A DNA stretch of 64,000 nt from Bugula neritina. Its lineage: Eukaryota > Animalia > Bryozoa. Under the pieces are notes generated by a model that did no database searches, was not told where the DNA came from, and saw only the letters and a program-made list of their open reading frames with translations. The translations under genes were made by a program, and so were the position numbers. The DNA is taken from NCBI GenBank assembly GCA_964035545.1, contig OZ037765.1, forward strand, positions 34,868,080-34,932,079. The letters are read 5' to 3'. This document shows positions 40,901-52,060 of this stretch, in pieces; the stretch's first letter is position 1; every line of letters begins with the position of its first letter.

Positions 40901-43900
40901 GAGGGCCAGATGCTGTGAGAGATGAGACAACAAAGGTGTTTAATGTTGAAGAGGTGGAGGTGGATGGTACAGTTCTCCGTGTCATTGATATGGGAGGCCA
41001 GGAGGTCTACCATATCACCTATCAACTGACACTGAGACAGAATTGTATTCCAGTCATAGTAGTCAACATGGAACAGTATGAGGAGATCTCAAGTGATTCA
41101 ACACACAGAGAAGCTGTTAGAAGATTAGCCTTTGATTACATGTCTCACCTCTATCTGGCTAACCCAACTCTTGGTGCTCCAAAACTTATCTTCACACATA
41201 AAGATAAGTTTCAAAGTGCAAAATTCCAAAAGCTTCAAAAAAATTTCCTTGGAACTTCAAATCAACTGTGTGAGGAGATGATTAGGGAAGAGAAAGCATT
41301 GGGTGGACAATTTGCTCAAATCAAACATTTCAGTGAATCAACTGAAAGAGTCTTTCTTGATGAAGACATTTATGAGGTGGGGAAAGATGATAAGTATGGG
41401 GTGTTTGACCTGATCAAGGAGTCTCTTCTTCAAAGCAGTCAACATTTTGTGAAATCTTTACCTCTGGTTTGGGAGGAAGTGAATGAAAAAGTGCTGTCTA
41501 TTCCCTCTGTGTACAGCACCTTTGATGAAATACTGAACTACGTACAAACCGAACTTCAACACATTGAGTCAAGTCAGCTGGACATAATCCTCACATACAT
41601 GCATGACTGCGGCAAAGTCTTGTGGTATAAAGATATCAGCTCTCTCCGCCCATACATATTCCACAAAATTTCACAAGTCACCAAACTTCTCTGTGTCTTG
41701 TATCATCATGATGCTAATATATGGCAGAGTAGAGTTAACAAGTTCCAGCCATATTTTTCAGAAAATGGGGTACCTGTTGAAAAAGAAGACTTTGAGAGAT
41801 TTGTTAATCATTTCACTGAGACTGGTTTGATGATGCAATGCCTTCTCACTCATCTGGTTAAACAAGAAACACCATTTACCAGTCTGGAAGATGTAAAAGT
41901 TGCTGTTTGTTTGCTTCAAACCTTCCGTTTGTTATATGGTCCTTTACCTGCTGATTCCAAGGAGCCCTGTTTTATTGTTCCTCAGTTTGCTAGGGACCTC
42001 TTTGATACCTCTTACTCCTCGCCAAAAAACGTGCTCCTTCATGTTGAAACTAAATTCAATGGTCTAGCCCTGCCACACTATGTCTATCAGCAGATGAGTG
42101 TTGGTTTGTTGGAGTTGTTTCCAGACGAGTTTGCTGTGATTAAGGTGAGAAGAAATGGAGCCAATGTCTATCAAGATGGGATCTACACACAGCTGGTACA
42201 CGACTACAAATCCCGAAAAGTGTTGCTCTACGCGTCATCTAATGCTGTGAACATCAGCAGAATGTGGGAGAGACTTATCAGCACCAACAACAACATCCTC
42301 AGACATGTTCTAGAAACTTGGACAGCGAGTAGAGCTGTCACTACATGCTACTGTTCTCACTGTCTTCTGCTAAGCCTCCCTTGTCCTAAGAAAGTGCTCA
42401 ATCCTCCATGGTGTCTTCGTACCTTGAAACATTTACCACCAGATGGGAAACTGTGTAGCGGATCTTCAATGACGTTGTGCCATGATGAAGAGATTCCCAG
42501 TGCACTTTTATACCCATGTATGTTCACTTATGTTATAGTCTAGCAGTTTGAGAAAAATATTCTCTCAGTTAGCATGAGTATTAGCAACTTTCCAACAAAT
42601 TTTATATACATTATGTTTCCTTGATTTGTCATCATCATTTTGAACTCCCAAAAGTCTAAGACTTCAAAAAATGTTTGAAATTGAATCATTTTCTAGGTCA
42701 GACATTGTCAGAGAGCGAGACTGCTATGTTAACAGAAGTTGTCAAAGAACTGAAAGTTAGAGGAGCTCAAGAAATGTCAGCTCCACCTGGTAAATACTCA
42801 GAATTGTGTTTCTGCACCAAATATATTATTTTAACTTATATGTTTAATCTTCATTCGGTTTGTTATAAGAAACCTCTACACGATAGCTGAAGAGCATTTT
42901 ACTGGTTGTCATAGCCTACTATACTTCTTGTTTTAAACCTCCCGTCATTTTGTTTATTATGTTTTACTTGTACTCTGTTTGTACTCTATAGCTGCAAACA
43001 GTAGCCAATCAAATCTCTTGACCACCCCAATAACAGCCAATGAAGATCTCAGTGATCTCTCTGATGATGAGGAGAATCTGTACCCTGATGGAAAGGAAGT
43101 TGAAGATATGAAGTTTATAAGACTCAGACTGAATCCCACCAGTAACCCAAAGATAAGACAGCTGTTCTCAAACACTGACAAGGTGCTCATATATTAAACG
43201 CTACTACGAGTATTTAACATTCTTGCCAGTTGTTTAGTTCAGCAGTAACAAGTATTTCTCTGTTACATCCAGGTGTTTACTATGACTAGAAAGAGAGGAA
43301 GAGCTCTGATAATAAACAACATGAACTTTGATAAGAGACCAGATTTGTGTAGGAAAGGTTCAGATGTTGATGTTGAGAATATGTCTGCCATGTTGAAATC
43401 TCTCAAGTTTGATGTTGTGACACACACAGACTTGAAGGCTGAGGTATGTTTTATTAGGAATATTAAATACAATATTTCATTTTGATTTACTGTTTAAAAG
43501 TTATCTAACAGGGGTTAAATTCCTAAAAGTATTTTTATTAGTTGTAGCAACTTTTCCAAATTTTGATAAAACTTCTGCCATGTTATCTACAATATTTGTA
43601 GGAAATGATTTCTGCTGTAAAATCTGAGGTGACAAAAGAGGAACACGAAGATCTGGGATGTCATGTGTTGGTTATCATGACTCATGGAGGGCTAAACAAC
43701 CACATCTATGGTACAGACCTGAAACGAGTCCAACTAACAGATGTGTATGACCTTCTGACCCCTTTGAACTTCCCAGGAATGGCTGGCAAACCAAAGGTTG
43801 TTATACTGGAAGTCTGTAGTGGAGGTAATTATTTGCTACAGGAAAATGAATACTATTTTTGTTTACACAGTCTCTTTTTAGATAACATTATTCAGATATT

Positions 43901-46900
43901 TATATAGTACATCAAGTGAAGGTACTGTACTTGTAATAGAAATTTAGGTAAATATTATCCTTTTGCACTGTTGGTAGTGGATTGTCCCCTCCTGTAATCT
44001 ATGTTATTGATATTGAAATATTTTCTTGATATATATATTACATTATACTAATATTTTAATACTATAATTAGAAGTTAGTTTATAACCGTGATACACTATA
44101 TTAGTTGACCTCCAAAGGGTAGAATTAGGAAGTTATATTGTAGTTGTGTAGTAGTAGCTTATTAATGTATACAGATGTCTACCTTACAAGTATCTCCATT
44201 TTCTACAATTCTATCCATCATTTTAGTATTGTAGTACGTGCTTCATGTTGGTGTGAGGCAGTTTTAAACTAACTACTGTTGTGTTACAATAGATATAAAC
44301 TAACATTAGCATTGGATATAGATTGAGTATGAATAGGACCTGTTTTATGTTACAGAGAGGAATATAGGACTAGTTTTATGTTACAGAAAAGAGTATAGTA
44401 TAGGGCTAGTTTTATGTTACAGAGAGTAGTATAGTATAGGACTAGTTTTATGTTACAGAGAGTAGTATAGTATAGGGCTAGTTTTATGTTACAGAGAGGA
44501 GTATAGTATAGGACTAGTTTTATGTTACAGAGAGGAGTAGTATAGTATAGGACTAGTTTTATGTTACAGAGAGGAGTATAGTATAGGACTAGTTTTATGT
44601 TACAGAGAGTAGTATAGGACTAGTTATATGTTACAGAGAGTAGTATAGTATAGGACTAGTTTTATGTTACAGAGAGGAGTATAGTATAGGGCTAGTTTTA
44701 TGTTACAGAGAGGAGTATAGAACTAGTTTTATGTTACAGAGAGTAGTATAGTATAGGACTAGTTTTATGTTACAGAGAGGAGTATAGGACTAGTTTTATG
44801 TTACAGAGAGTAGTATAGTATAGGGCTAGTTTTATGTTACAGAGAGGAGTATAGTATAGGACTAGTTTTATGTTACAGAGAGTAGTATAGTATAGGACTA
44901 GTTTTATGTTACAGAGAGGAGTATAGTATAGGACTAGTTTTATGTTACAGAGAGGAGTATAGTATAGGGATAGTTTTATGTTACAGAGAGTAGTATAGTA
45001 TAGGACTAGTTTTATGTTACAGAGAGTAGTATAGTATAGGACTAGTTTTATGTTACAGAGAGTAGTATAGTATAGGACTAGTTTTATGTTACAGAGAGGA
45101 GTATAGTATAGGACTAGTTTTATGTTACAGAGAGGAGTATAGTATAGGACTAGTTTTATGTTACAGAGAGTAGTATAGTATAGGACTAGTTTTATGTTAC
45201 AGAGAGTAGTATAGTATAGGACTAGTTTTATGTTACAGAGAGTAGTATAGGGCATATGATGAAGATATAAACTGACTACTCATATGTGTACAGTGTATGC
45301 TATCTTCCCTCCATATATTATTATCGGAAAAATTTAAAAAATGTTGCCTTCTATTATTATACTTTCAAACTATAAGCTGTCTCAAAATTAGAGATTAAAT
45401 GCAAAACTAGATGTGTTTGAGTTGATTTACTTATCATATCAAATGAATATAAAGTTTGATGTCTGTATTACAGAGAGGAGTGATTATGGCCAAAGAGGTA
45501 TAGACAGATTTGATATCGGAGAATCACAAAAGGAGGGGGAGAGTATCTCTCCTCCACTTGCTAAAGTTCCTGGAGACAAAAAAGCTGAGGCTATGAATAG
45601 ACTGAACTATGATGACCTGCTAGTAGTGAAATCAAGCATGGAGTGTAAGTAACGCACATGTAATACTACTTGATATTATACTGTGTGTAATATACTATGT
45701 GTAATATACAGTGTGTAATATACTGTGTGTAATATACTGTGTGTAATATACCGTGTGTAATATACTGTGTGTAATATACTGTGTGTAATATACTGTGTGT
45801 AATATACAGTGTGTAATATACTGTGTGTAATATACTGTGTGTAATATACTGTGTGTAATATACTGTGTGTAATATACTGTGTGTAATATACTGTGTGTAA
45901 TGTACTGTGTGTAATATACTGTGTTATACTGTGTGTAATATACTGTGTGTAATATACTGTGTGTAATATATACTGTGTGTAATATACTGTGTGTAATATA
46001 CTGTGTGTAATATACTGTGTGTAATATACTGTGTGTAATATACTGTGTGTAATATACTGTGTGTAATATACTGTGTGTAATATACAGTGTGTAATATACT
46101 GTGTGTAATATACTGTGTGTAATATACAGTGTGTAATATACTGTGTGTAATATACTGTGTGTAATATACTGTGTGTAATATACTGTGTGTAATATACAGT
46201 GTGTAATATACTGTGTGACACATACTGTGTCTAATATACTGTGTGTAATATACTGTGTGTAATATACAGTGTGTAATATACTGTGTGTAATATACTGTCT
46301 GTAATATACTGTGTGTAATACACTGTGTGTAATATACTGTGTGTAATATACTGTGTGTAATATACTGTGTTATACTGTGTGTAATATACTGTGTGTAATA
46401 TACTGTGTGTAATATATACTGTGTGTAATATACTGTGTGTAATATACTGTGTGTAATATACTGTGTGTAATATACTGTGTGTAATATACTGTGTGTAATA
46501 TACTGTGTGTAATATACTGTGTGTAATATACAGTGTGTAATATACTGTGTGTAATATACTGTGTTATACTGTGTGTAATATACTGTGTGTAATATACTGT
46601 GTGTAATATATACTGTGTGTAATATACTGTGTGTAATATACTGTGTGTAATATACTGTGTGTAATACACTGTGTGTAATATACTGTGTGTAATATACTGT
46701 GTGTAATATACTGTGTGTAATATACAGTGTGTAATATACTGTGTGTAATATACTGTGTGTAATATACAGTGTGTAATATACTGTGTGTAATATACTGTGT
46801 GTAATATACTGTGTGTAATATACTGTGTGTAATATACAGTGTGTAATATACTGTGTGACACATACTGTGTCTAATATACTGTGTGTAATATACTGTGTGT

Positions 46901-49900
46901 AATATACAGTGTGTAATATACTGTGTGTAATATACTGTCTGTAATATACTGTGTGTAATACACTGTGTGTAATATACTGTGTGTAATATACTGTGTGTAA
47001 TATACTGTGTGTAATATACTGTGTGTAATATACTGTGTGTAATATACTGTGTGTAATATACTGTGTGTAATATACAGTGTGTAATATACTGTGTGTAATA
47101 TACTGTGTGTAATATACTGTGTGTAATATACTGTGTGTAATATACTGTGTGTAATATACTGTGTGTAATATACTGTGTGTAATATACAGTGTGTAATATA
47201 CTGTGTGTAATATACTGTGTGTAATATACTGTGTGTAATATACTGTGTGTAATATACTGTGTGTAATATACTGTGTGTAATATACTGTGTGTAATATACA
47301 GTGTGTAATATACTGTGTGTAATATACTGTGTTTAATATACTGTGTGTAATATACTGTCTGTAATACACTGTGTGTAATACACTGTGTGTAATATACTGT
47401 GTGTAATTTACTGTGTGTAATATACTGTGTGTAATATACTGTGTGTAATATACTGTGTGTAATATACTACGTGTAATATACTGTGTGTAATATACTGTGT
47501 GTAATATACTGTGTGTAGTATACTGTGTGTAATATACAGTGTGTAATATACTGTGTGTAATATACTGTGTGTAATATACTGTGTGTAATATATACTGTGT
47601 GTAATATACTGTGTGTAATATACTGTGTGTAATATACAGTGTGTAATATACTGTGTGACACATACTGTGTCTATTATACTGTGTGTAATATACTGTGTGT
47701 AATATACAGTGTGTAATATACTGTGTGTAATATACTGTCTGTAATATACTGTGTGTAATATACTGTGTGTAATATACTGTGTGTAATATACTGTGTGTAA
47801 TATACTGTGTGTAATATACTGTGTGTAATATACTGTGTGTAATATACTGTGTGTAATATACTGTGTGTAATATACTGTGTGTAATATACTGTGTGTAATA
47901 TACTGTGTGTAATATACTGTGTGTAATATACAGTGTGTAATATACTGTGTGTAATATACTGTGTTTAATATACTGTGTGTAATATACTGTCTGTAATACA
48001 CTGTGTGTAATACACTGTGTGTAATACACTGTGTGTAATTTACTGTGTGTAATATACTGTGTGTAATATACTGTGTGTAATATACTACGTGTAATATACT
48101 GTGTGTAATATACTGTGTGTAATATACTGTGTTTAATATACTGTGTGTAATTTACTGTGTGTAATATACTGTGTGTAATATACTGTGTGTAATATACTGT
48201 GTGTAATATACTGTGTGTGATATACTGTGTGTAATATACTGTGTGTAATATACTGTGTGTAATATACTGTGTGTAATATACTGTGTGTAATATACTGTGT
48301 GTAATATACTGTGTGTGATATACTGTGTGTAATATACTGTGTTATACTGTGTGTAATGTACTGTGTGTAATATACTGTGTGTAATATACTGTGTGTAATA
48401 TACTGTGTGTAATATACTGTGTGTAATATACTGTGTGTAATATACAGTGTGTAATATACTGTGTGTAATATACTGTGTGTAATATACTGTGTGTAATATA
48501 CTGTGTGTAATATACTGTGTGTAATATACAGTGTGTAATATACTGTGTGTAATATACTGTGTGTAATATACTGTGTGTAATATACTGTGTGTAATATACT
48601 GTGTTATACTGTGTGTAATGTACTGTGTGTAATATACTGTGTGTAATATACTGTGTGTAATATACTGTGTGTAATATACTGTGTGTAATATACTGTGTGT
48701 AATATACTGTGTGTAATATACTGTGTGTAATATACTACGTGTGTAATATACTGTGTGTAATATACTGTGTGTAATATACTGTGTGTAATATACTGTGTTT
48801 AATATACTGTGTGTAATATACTGTGTTTAATATACTGTGTGTAATATACTGTCTGTAATACACTGTGTGTAATACACTGTGTGTAATACCCTGTGTGTAA
48901 TATACTGTGTGTAATATACTGTGTGTAATATACTGTGTGTAATATACTGTGTGTAATATACTGTGTGTAATATACAGTGTGTAATATACTGTGTGTAATA
49001 TACTGTGTGTAATATACTGTGTGTAATATACTGTGTGTTTTCCTGTAGCATTCATAGCAAAGGTTCACCCTGTGTATGGATCTCTAATGATTAGAGCTCT
49101 TGTATCCTCCATGTATAAACATGCCTGTCACCATGACCTCTACACTATATTCAAACAGGTGAGTATTGTTACTGGCCCCGTATGAATTAAACCAGGATTT
49201 CCAAACGCAGAAGTTTATTGGTTATACTTGTTGGTAAACTTGCTGATAAATTCTCTGATAAACTTGCTGTGATAAACTTGCTGGTAAAAACTACATAAGA
49301 AAGGCAAAAGTTATATAAATGATTGCATGCATATAAATGTGGTTAAAAATATTAAAGTAATGCTCACAAAAACCATAAAGTAAATTTATTATAAAATAAT
49401 AATTCAGATAATAATATGAATAAAAGTAACTAACCTCTTGGGTCCTTCATAAACTGTGCCAGTAAATAACATATTGTCGAACCAGTAGGAGAATAAAATA
49501 ATAAGTACAGTTTTGTTAAAGAGTGCTGCCAACTGATTGTATTAAGTTTGTAAAGTGTTTATATACTCTGGTTGTTGTTACTGTACCAGGCAAAAACATA
49601 TTGCATAAACGACTATTGTCCCTAAAAATTACCACAATGATTGTGTCCCAAAACATAGTAAACATTCACTAGGTAGCCTCAGGGTACCAACCCAGCCCGT
49701 ACAGGTAGGGCAAGAATGACAGCCACCCCAACCACAATGACCTGACCACAAATCTAATAGTCAGCACAAGGAAGATGAGTAATGCCTGCTGACGTATGTC
49801 ACCTAAACATAAATAGGAAGTTAATGGGGTCAATAGTTATTTATAGTGGGCAACACACAACCAGTTACAATAATATAACTTTACTAAATTAGCTGCCTAT

Positions 49901-50212
49901 CCTTAGGATTATAAACAGGAAGAAGTGCTGTAGCAAGTAGTAATAAAAATATCACGTGACAAGTTTAATTGGCTGAATATGAAAATGCTATATTGGGTAG
50001 ACTTCGAGATTAGTAACTGTATTATTTCACCATCCTCTGTAAACAATCTATAAACTGTTATTCAGGTACAGACTAAAGTGAGAAAACTTTGCTTAGATAA
50101 AAATCTAGAGAGTGGAGGACAGTTGGTTGTAGTCTGGGATACTCTCACTCATATGAGAAAACTTTACCTGTTTCCTGGGTTTAATGGCCACAAAAGAGAA
50201 GATGACTTCTAA
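7937..50212 (+). CDS. Gene 2: LRR-Roc-COR (ROCO)-caspase fusion protein, ~1272 aa; exons 7937-7985, 14587-14815, 15236-15379, 36998-37141, 38515-38658, 40515-42517, 42697-42789, 42992-43182, 43273-43443, 43602-43824, 45474-45644, 49049-49158, 50066-50212
   Basis: Every junction is GT-AG and phase-compatible; summed length is 3819 nt with no internal stop. Motifs: LxxLxIxxN LRRs; Roc GNTMAGKTS, DMGGQEVY, THKD; COR; caspase RGRALIINN, RKGSDVD, MTHG, EVCSG, RKLYLFP. The 5' exons are less certain than 40515-50212. Confidence 0.8.
8092..8690. repeat. Dispersed solo-LTR-like repeat (copies 8092-~9763 interrupted by a minisatellite and MITE; 49167-49869; partial ~4790-5115)
   Basis: Shared ccacaatgattgtgtcccaaaacatag...tagtcagcacaagg; the 49167-49869 copy has TGTTACTGG...CCAGTTACA ends; no clear TSD. 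Confidence 0.6.
8672..9748. repeat. 29-bp minisatellite (aatagttatttatagtgggtaatgaggtc)n split by a MITE
   Basis: About 3 copies before 8769 and about 6-7 after 9558; only a single copy in the homologous repeat at ~49832. Confidence 0.9.
8769..9558. mobile_element. Non-autonomous DNA transposon (MITE), copy A
   Basis: Long TIR caccggctttccatgtaccgatctcagatcgatctc; ATT duplicated at both flanks. Confidence 0.9.
9769..10546. mobile_element. MITE, copy B
   Basis: Same TIRs and internal sequence; flanks AAT/ATT. Confidence 0.9.
13390..13706 (-). mobile_element. Two decayed tRNA-derived SINE heads
   Basis: Reverse complements begin ...tgtagtggtgagtgcgcctgcttgca... and ...gtgtaatggttagcacacctgtgtgcaa... 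(A-box-like D-arm); no intact cloverleaf. Confidence 0.45.
14030..14295. repeat. ~21-bp minisatellite (aagatcactattgaacatata-like)
   Basis: About 12 degenerate tandem copies. Confidence 0.8.
14587..14815 (+). CDS. Gene 2 exon encoding an LRR N-cap-like region
   Basis: Acceptor tttttgtag; phase 1 in, phase 2 out at ACCAG|GTATGA; VTHVRL...IPPNINTLFPHLTHLRV is LRR-like. The 3' boundary is uncertain. Confidence 0.6.
14979..15096. repeat. 30-bp minisatellite (attcatactgctagctagtatttagtgact), ~4 copies
   Basis: Direct inspection. Confidence 0.9.
15236..15379 (+). CDS. LRR cassette exon A (144 nt, two LRRs, phase 2-2)
   Basis: tatgttacag| ISSLKNLEVLDISDNNLSDGLPDNIFTSLLSLRRLYMVRCKLSTLPN |gtgtgt. 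Confidence 0.85.
15690..16490 (-). mobile_element. Ty3/gypsy integrase fragment inside the LRR duplication unit (second copy ~37480-38265)
   Basis: HKGHQ...RAQHHFWWP...CNIC zinc-binding motif and PWQVGGSDLF; frameshifted. Confidence 0.8.
20461..20760. repeat. GA-rich polypurine tract
   Basis: About 300 nt of (GGGAGA/GAGA)-type sequence. Confidence 0.9.
21650..26535. repeat. Cryptic low-complexity AT-rich region with 3/6-nt periodicity, including (TAG)n at 25330-25470
   Basis: Runs such as tattac, atcata, ttttag, agtagt; no credible ORFs. Confidence 0.6.
26540..29225 (-). mobile_element. Decayed non-LTR retrotransposon, R4/Dong-like (RT plus restriction-like endonuclease)
   Basis: Fragments RRYSREDNKVVMKC..GYRK, KPYKYLGVLE, AINTWAV, RPDILVVDK, IDITVP; many frameshifts; (TAT)n runs at both flanks. 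Confidence 0.8.
31290..31690. mobile_element. Degenerate hairpin (MITE-like inverted repeat)
   Basis: aaatacacctaaataatcaagg / ccttgattatttaggtgtattt and ttagtacacactg / cagtatgtactaa arms. Confidence 0.6.
36998..37141 (+). CDS. LRR cassette exon B (144 nt, phase 2-2)
   Basis: MSSLKNLEVLNISWNNLSEDLPDNIFTSLLSLRKLHMWDCELSTLPN, with near-identical splice contexts. Confidence 0.85.
38515..38658 (+). CDS. LRR cassette exon C (144 nt, phase 2-2)
   Basis: MSSLENLEVLVISGNYLSKGLPDNIFTPLLSLRELNMTHCGLSTLPN, same splice contexts. Confidence 0.85.
39525..40301. mobile_element. MITE, copy C (inverted relative to A and B)
   Basis: Close to the reverse complement of copy B; ATT/ATT flanks. Confidence 0.9.
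40515..42517 (+). CDS. Gene 2 large exon: LRRs, Roc GTPase and COR (ROCO/MFHAS1-like core)
   Basis: LTSPPIEVCERGVDAVRQY (typical LRR-Roc linker), P-loop LGNTMAGKTSL, DMGGQEVY, FTHKD, COR-type YMHDCGKVLWY and FIVP, C-terminal CYCSHC cluster. Confidence 0.92.
43273..50212 (+). CDS. Caspase (peptidase C14) domain exons of gene 2
   Basis: Five domain exons with the same intron positions and phases as gene 1; THG and EVCSG dyad. Confidence 0.9.
44336..45250. repeat. 36-bp intronic minisatellite (gttttatgttacagagaggagtatagtataggacta), ~25 copies
   Basis: Direct inspection; gag/tag variant units. Confidence 0.97.
45676..49037. repeat. 14-bp satellite (tactgtgtgtaata)n, ~240 copies, filling one intron
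   Basis: Direct inspection. Confidence 0.98.
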
Positions 50213-51458
50213 ATGTGTTTATTCCACAAATATCATGTATAACATGCTGCTACAGCTCCTTCAGTAAATAAACAATTATACACAATTACTATAGTTTAGA
50301 TATATATAGTATATATACACTATGGCATGTCATTACAGGTGACACTATGAGACAGGTTGCTTGATTTATTTTAAGCTCCATGTATTTCCTTCTGAATGAA
50401 TGATTAACTATATTTCATGTTTTATTTTATTCTTATCATTTAACTGAAGTACTTCATTTTACACTTTATATATCCAAACTTGTGACAATTTTAACAAACT
50501 CCAGACAATTGACTATAAATATTCCTGTACCAAACTGTCTGTGCTCTGTGTAGACGGATAACTTATGTTAAGAGGGCAAAAGTTACTCCCTGAAAGCAAC
50601 TTCAGGTTTCTTTGCACCTGTTGCACTTTTAGTTTTTTTATTTATATAATATACTATATTATCATCCTGTGTGTTCCATATTTTAATAAATAAGTTATAT
50701 TAGTAATACACCTTGGGCAGTTGTCTCTCTATTCAAGAGAATATAACCACAGTGCGTATTCATGAAATATATCACATTAAAATATGTCTATTAAGCAGGT
50801 AACAGATGGCATACTAACTTGTTTATATTGGTATTAGGGTTGTGGCTATCATACACCCCCCCCCCCTTCACATAGATATATCTGGTAGTCATCAGCATTC
50901 TATACGTCCTATAGGAAATCGCTTGAAGCTGTAGCAGTGAGTTGGAAGCCACTGGGTGCAGTGGTTTGGACACAGATGTCTATACAAGTACTGCACTCAG
51001 TCACCCCCAACTCAGAGCTGCTTCTAGCAACTTTCAAGATGAAATATGCAGATGAGCAGATCATGAAGGTAGAGGAATATGACTGGCCACTATTGAGATA
51101 TTCATTATACTTTCTGCACACATCTGGTATCAGAACTTAAGCTGAGTGCATAGCATATACATTATATCATCTGCATGTAAACTACACACTATTAGGGGAG
51201 ACAGCTAGGTTATTGTTCCTGTATAATATACTTAATATCAGATAACACACTAGAGGAATGTATATTGATTACAGAGAAAGTGAAGTATTCTCTGACGAGT
51301 GCAGTTTGACACTCTACGAAACTATTTAGTCGTGTGAGATTTTAAATAAAAAATTTATATCTTTAACAATCTGAAAGCACTACATTATATTAGCTCTGTC
51401 ACTTGTGATATCAAGCACTTTATTTTGCTGGAACTCCAACTAGATTGACAATCAGCAT

Positions 51459-51509
<51 letters not shown>

Positions 51510-51553
51510 GTATACGAGAAACATTGTTATTTATTACTTTATTAGGTAAAGTA

Positions 51554-51602
51554 ATTACACTGATATTTCGGGTACCACTGTACCCATCTTCAGAGTAGCA
51601 AT
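51554..51602 (-). ncRNA. Minimal type I hammerhead ribozyme in the inverted pLTR (intact core)
   Basis: AUUGCUACU-CUGAAGA-UGGGUAC-AGUG-GUACCC-GAAA-U-AUC-AGUGUAAU: stems I and II pair, with a loopless palindromic stem III. Confidence 0.75.
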
Positions 51603-52060
51603 GAATGAAATTCAAAAATTATTATGTTACGTTAGACGTTATGCATGACACAAAGAATAGAGAGTGACAGTTATTGTAAATTATTGAAACTTAAAGGAGA
51701 TAATCTTATTTTATATATTACGCAGGTCAAAAATTATACTGATTTTTTTTTTTTTTTGCATAAAAAATAAATTAGAGTTGACAAAAAAAATAGATATCCA
51801 AATATAAAAACAGCAAGAATTAGTGAAACTATGTAAGAGTTGAGTAGTGTGAAAAAGAAAAAGAAGGTATACAACAATCTATCACTGAAGTCAAGCAATA
51901 TCTTCAAAAGAAATTAAGTTTACTTTTTTATCTAGTCCTTATAAGTAGAATAACCTCTCGTATTTCAAAGGAACGCAAATTTATTCATTGCAAACATGAC
52001 CGAAAAATTAAACAACTTCGAAACTGCATTCAAGACCCTAAAGCTCAAGAATTAGACACT

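Noticed and set aside
40459-42543. Stand-alone 694-aa intronless ROCO gene
   Set aside because: The ORF start and end are intronic read-through; good acceptor (40514) and donor (42517) sites link it in phase to neighbouring exons.
44336-45250. CRISPR-like 36-bp repeat
   Set aside because: Head-to-tail units with no unique spacers and no cas genes; eukaryotic context.
44770-49068. Long minus-strand ORFs (up to 701 aa, YYTQYITHSILHTV and LCNIKLVLYYT repeats)
   Set aside because: Translations of 14-bp and 36-bp satellites that happen to lack stops; they lie in introns of a + strand gene.
50937-51140. Short ORF with WKPLG, death-domain-like
   Set aside because: Too little similarity, no partner exons, and it lies after the gene 2 stop and polyA signal (AATAAA ~50266).
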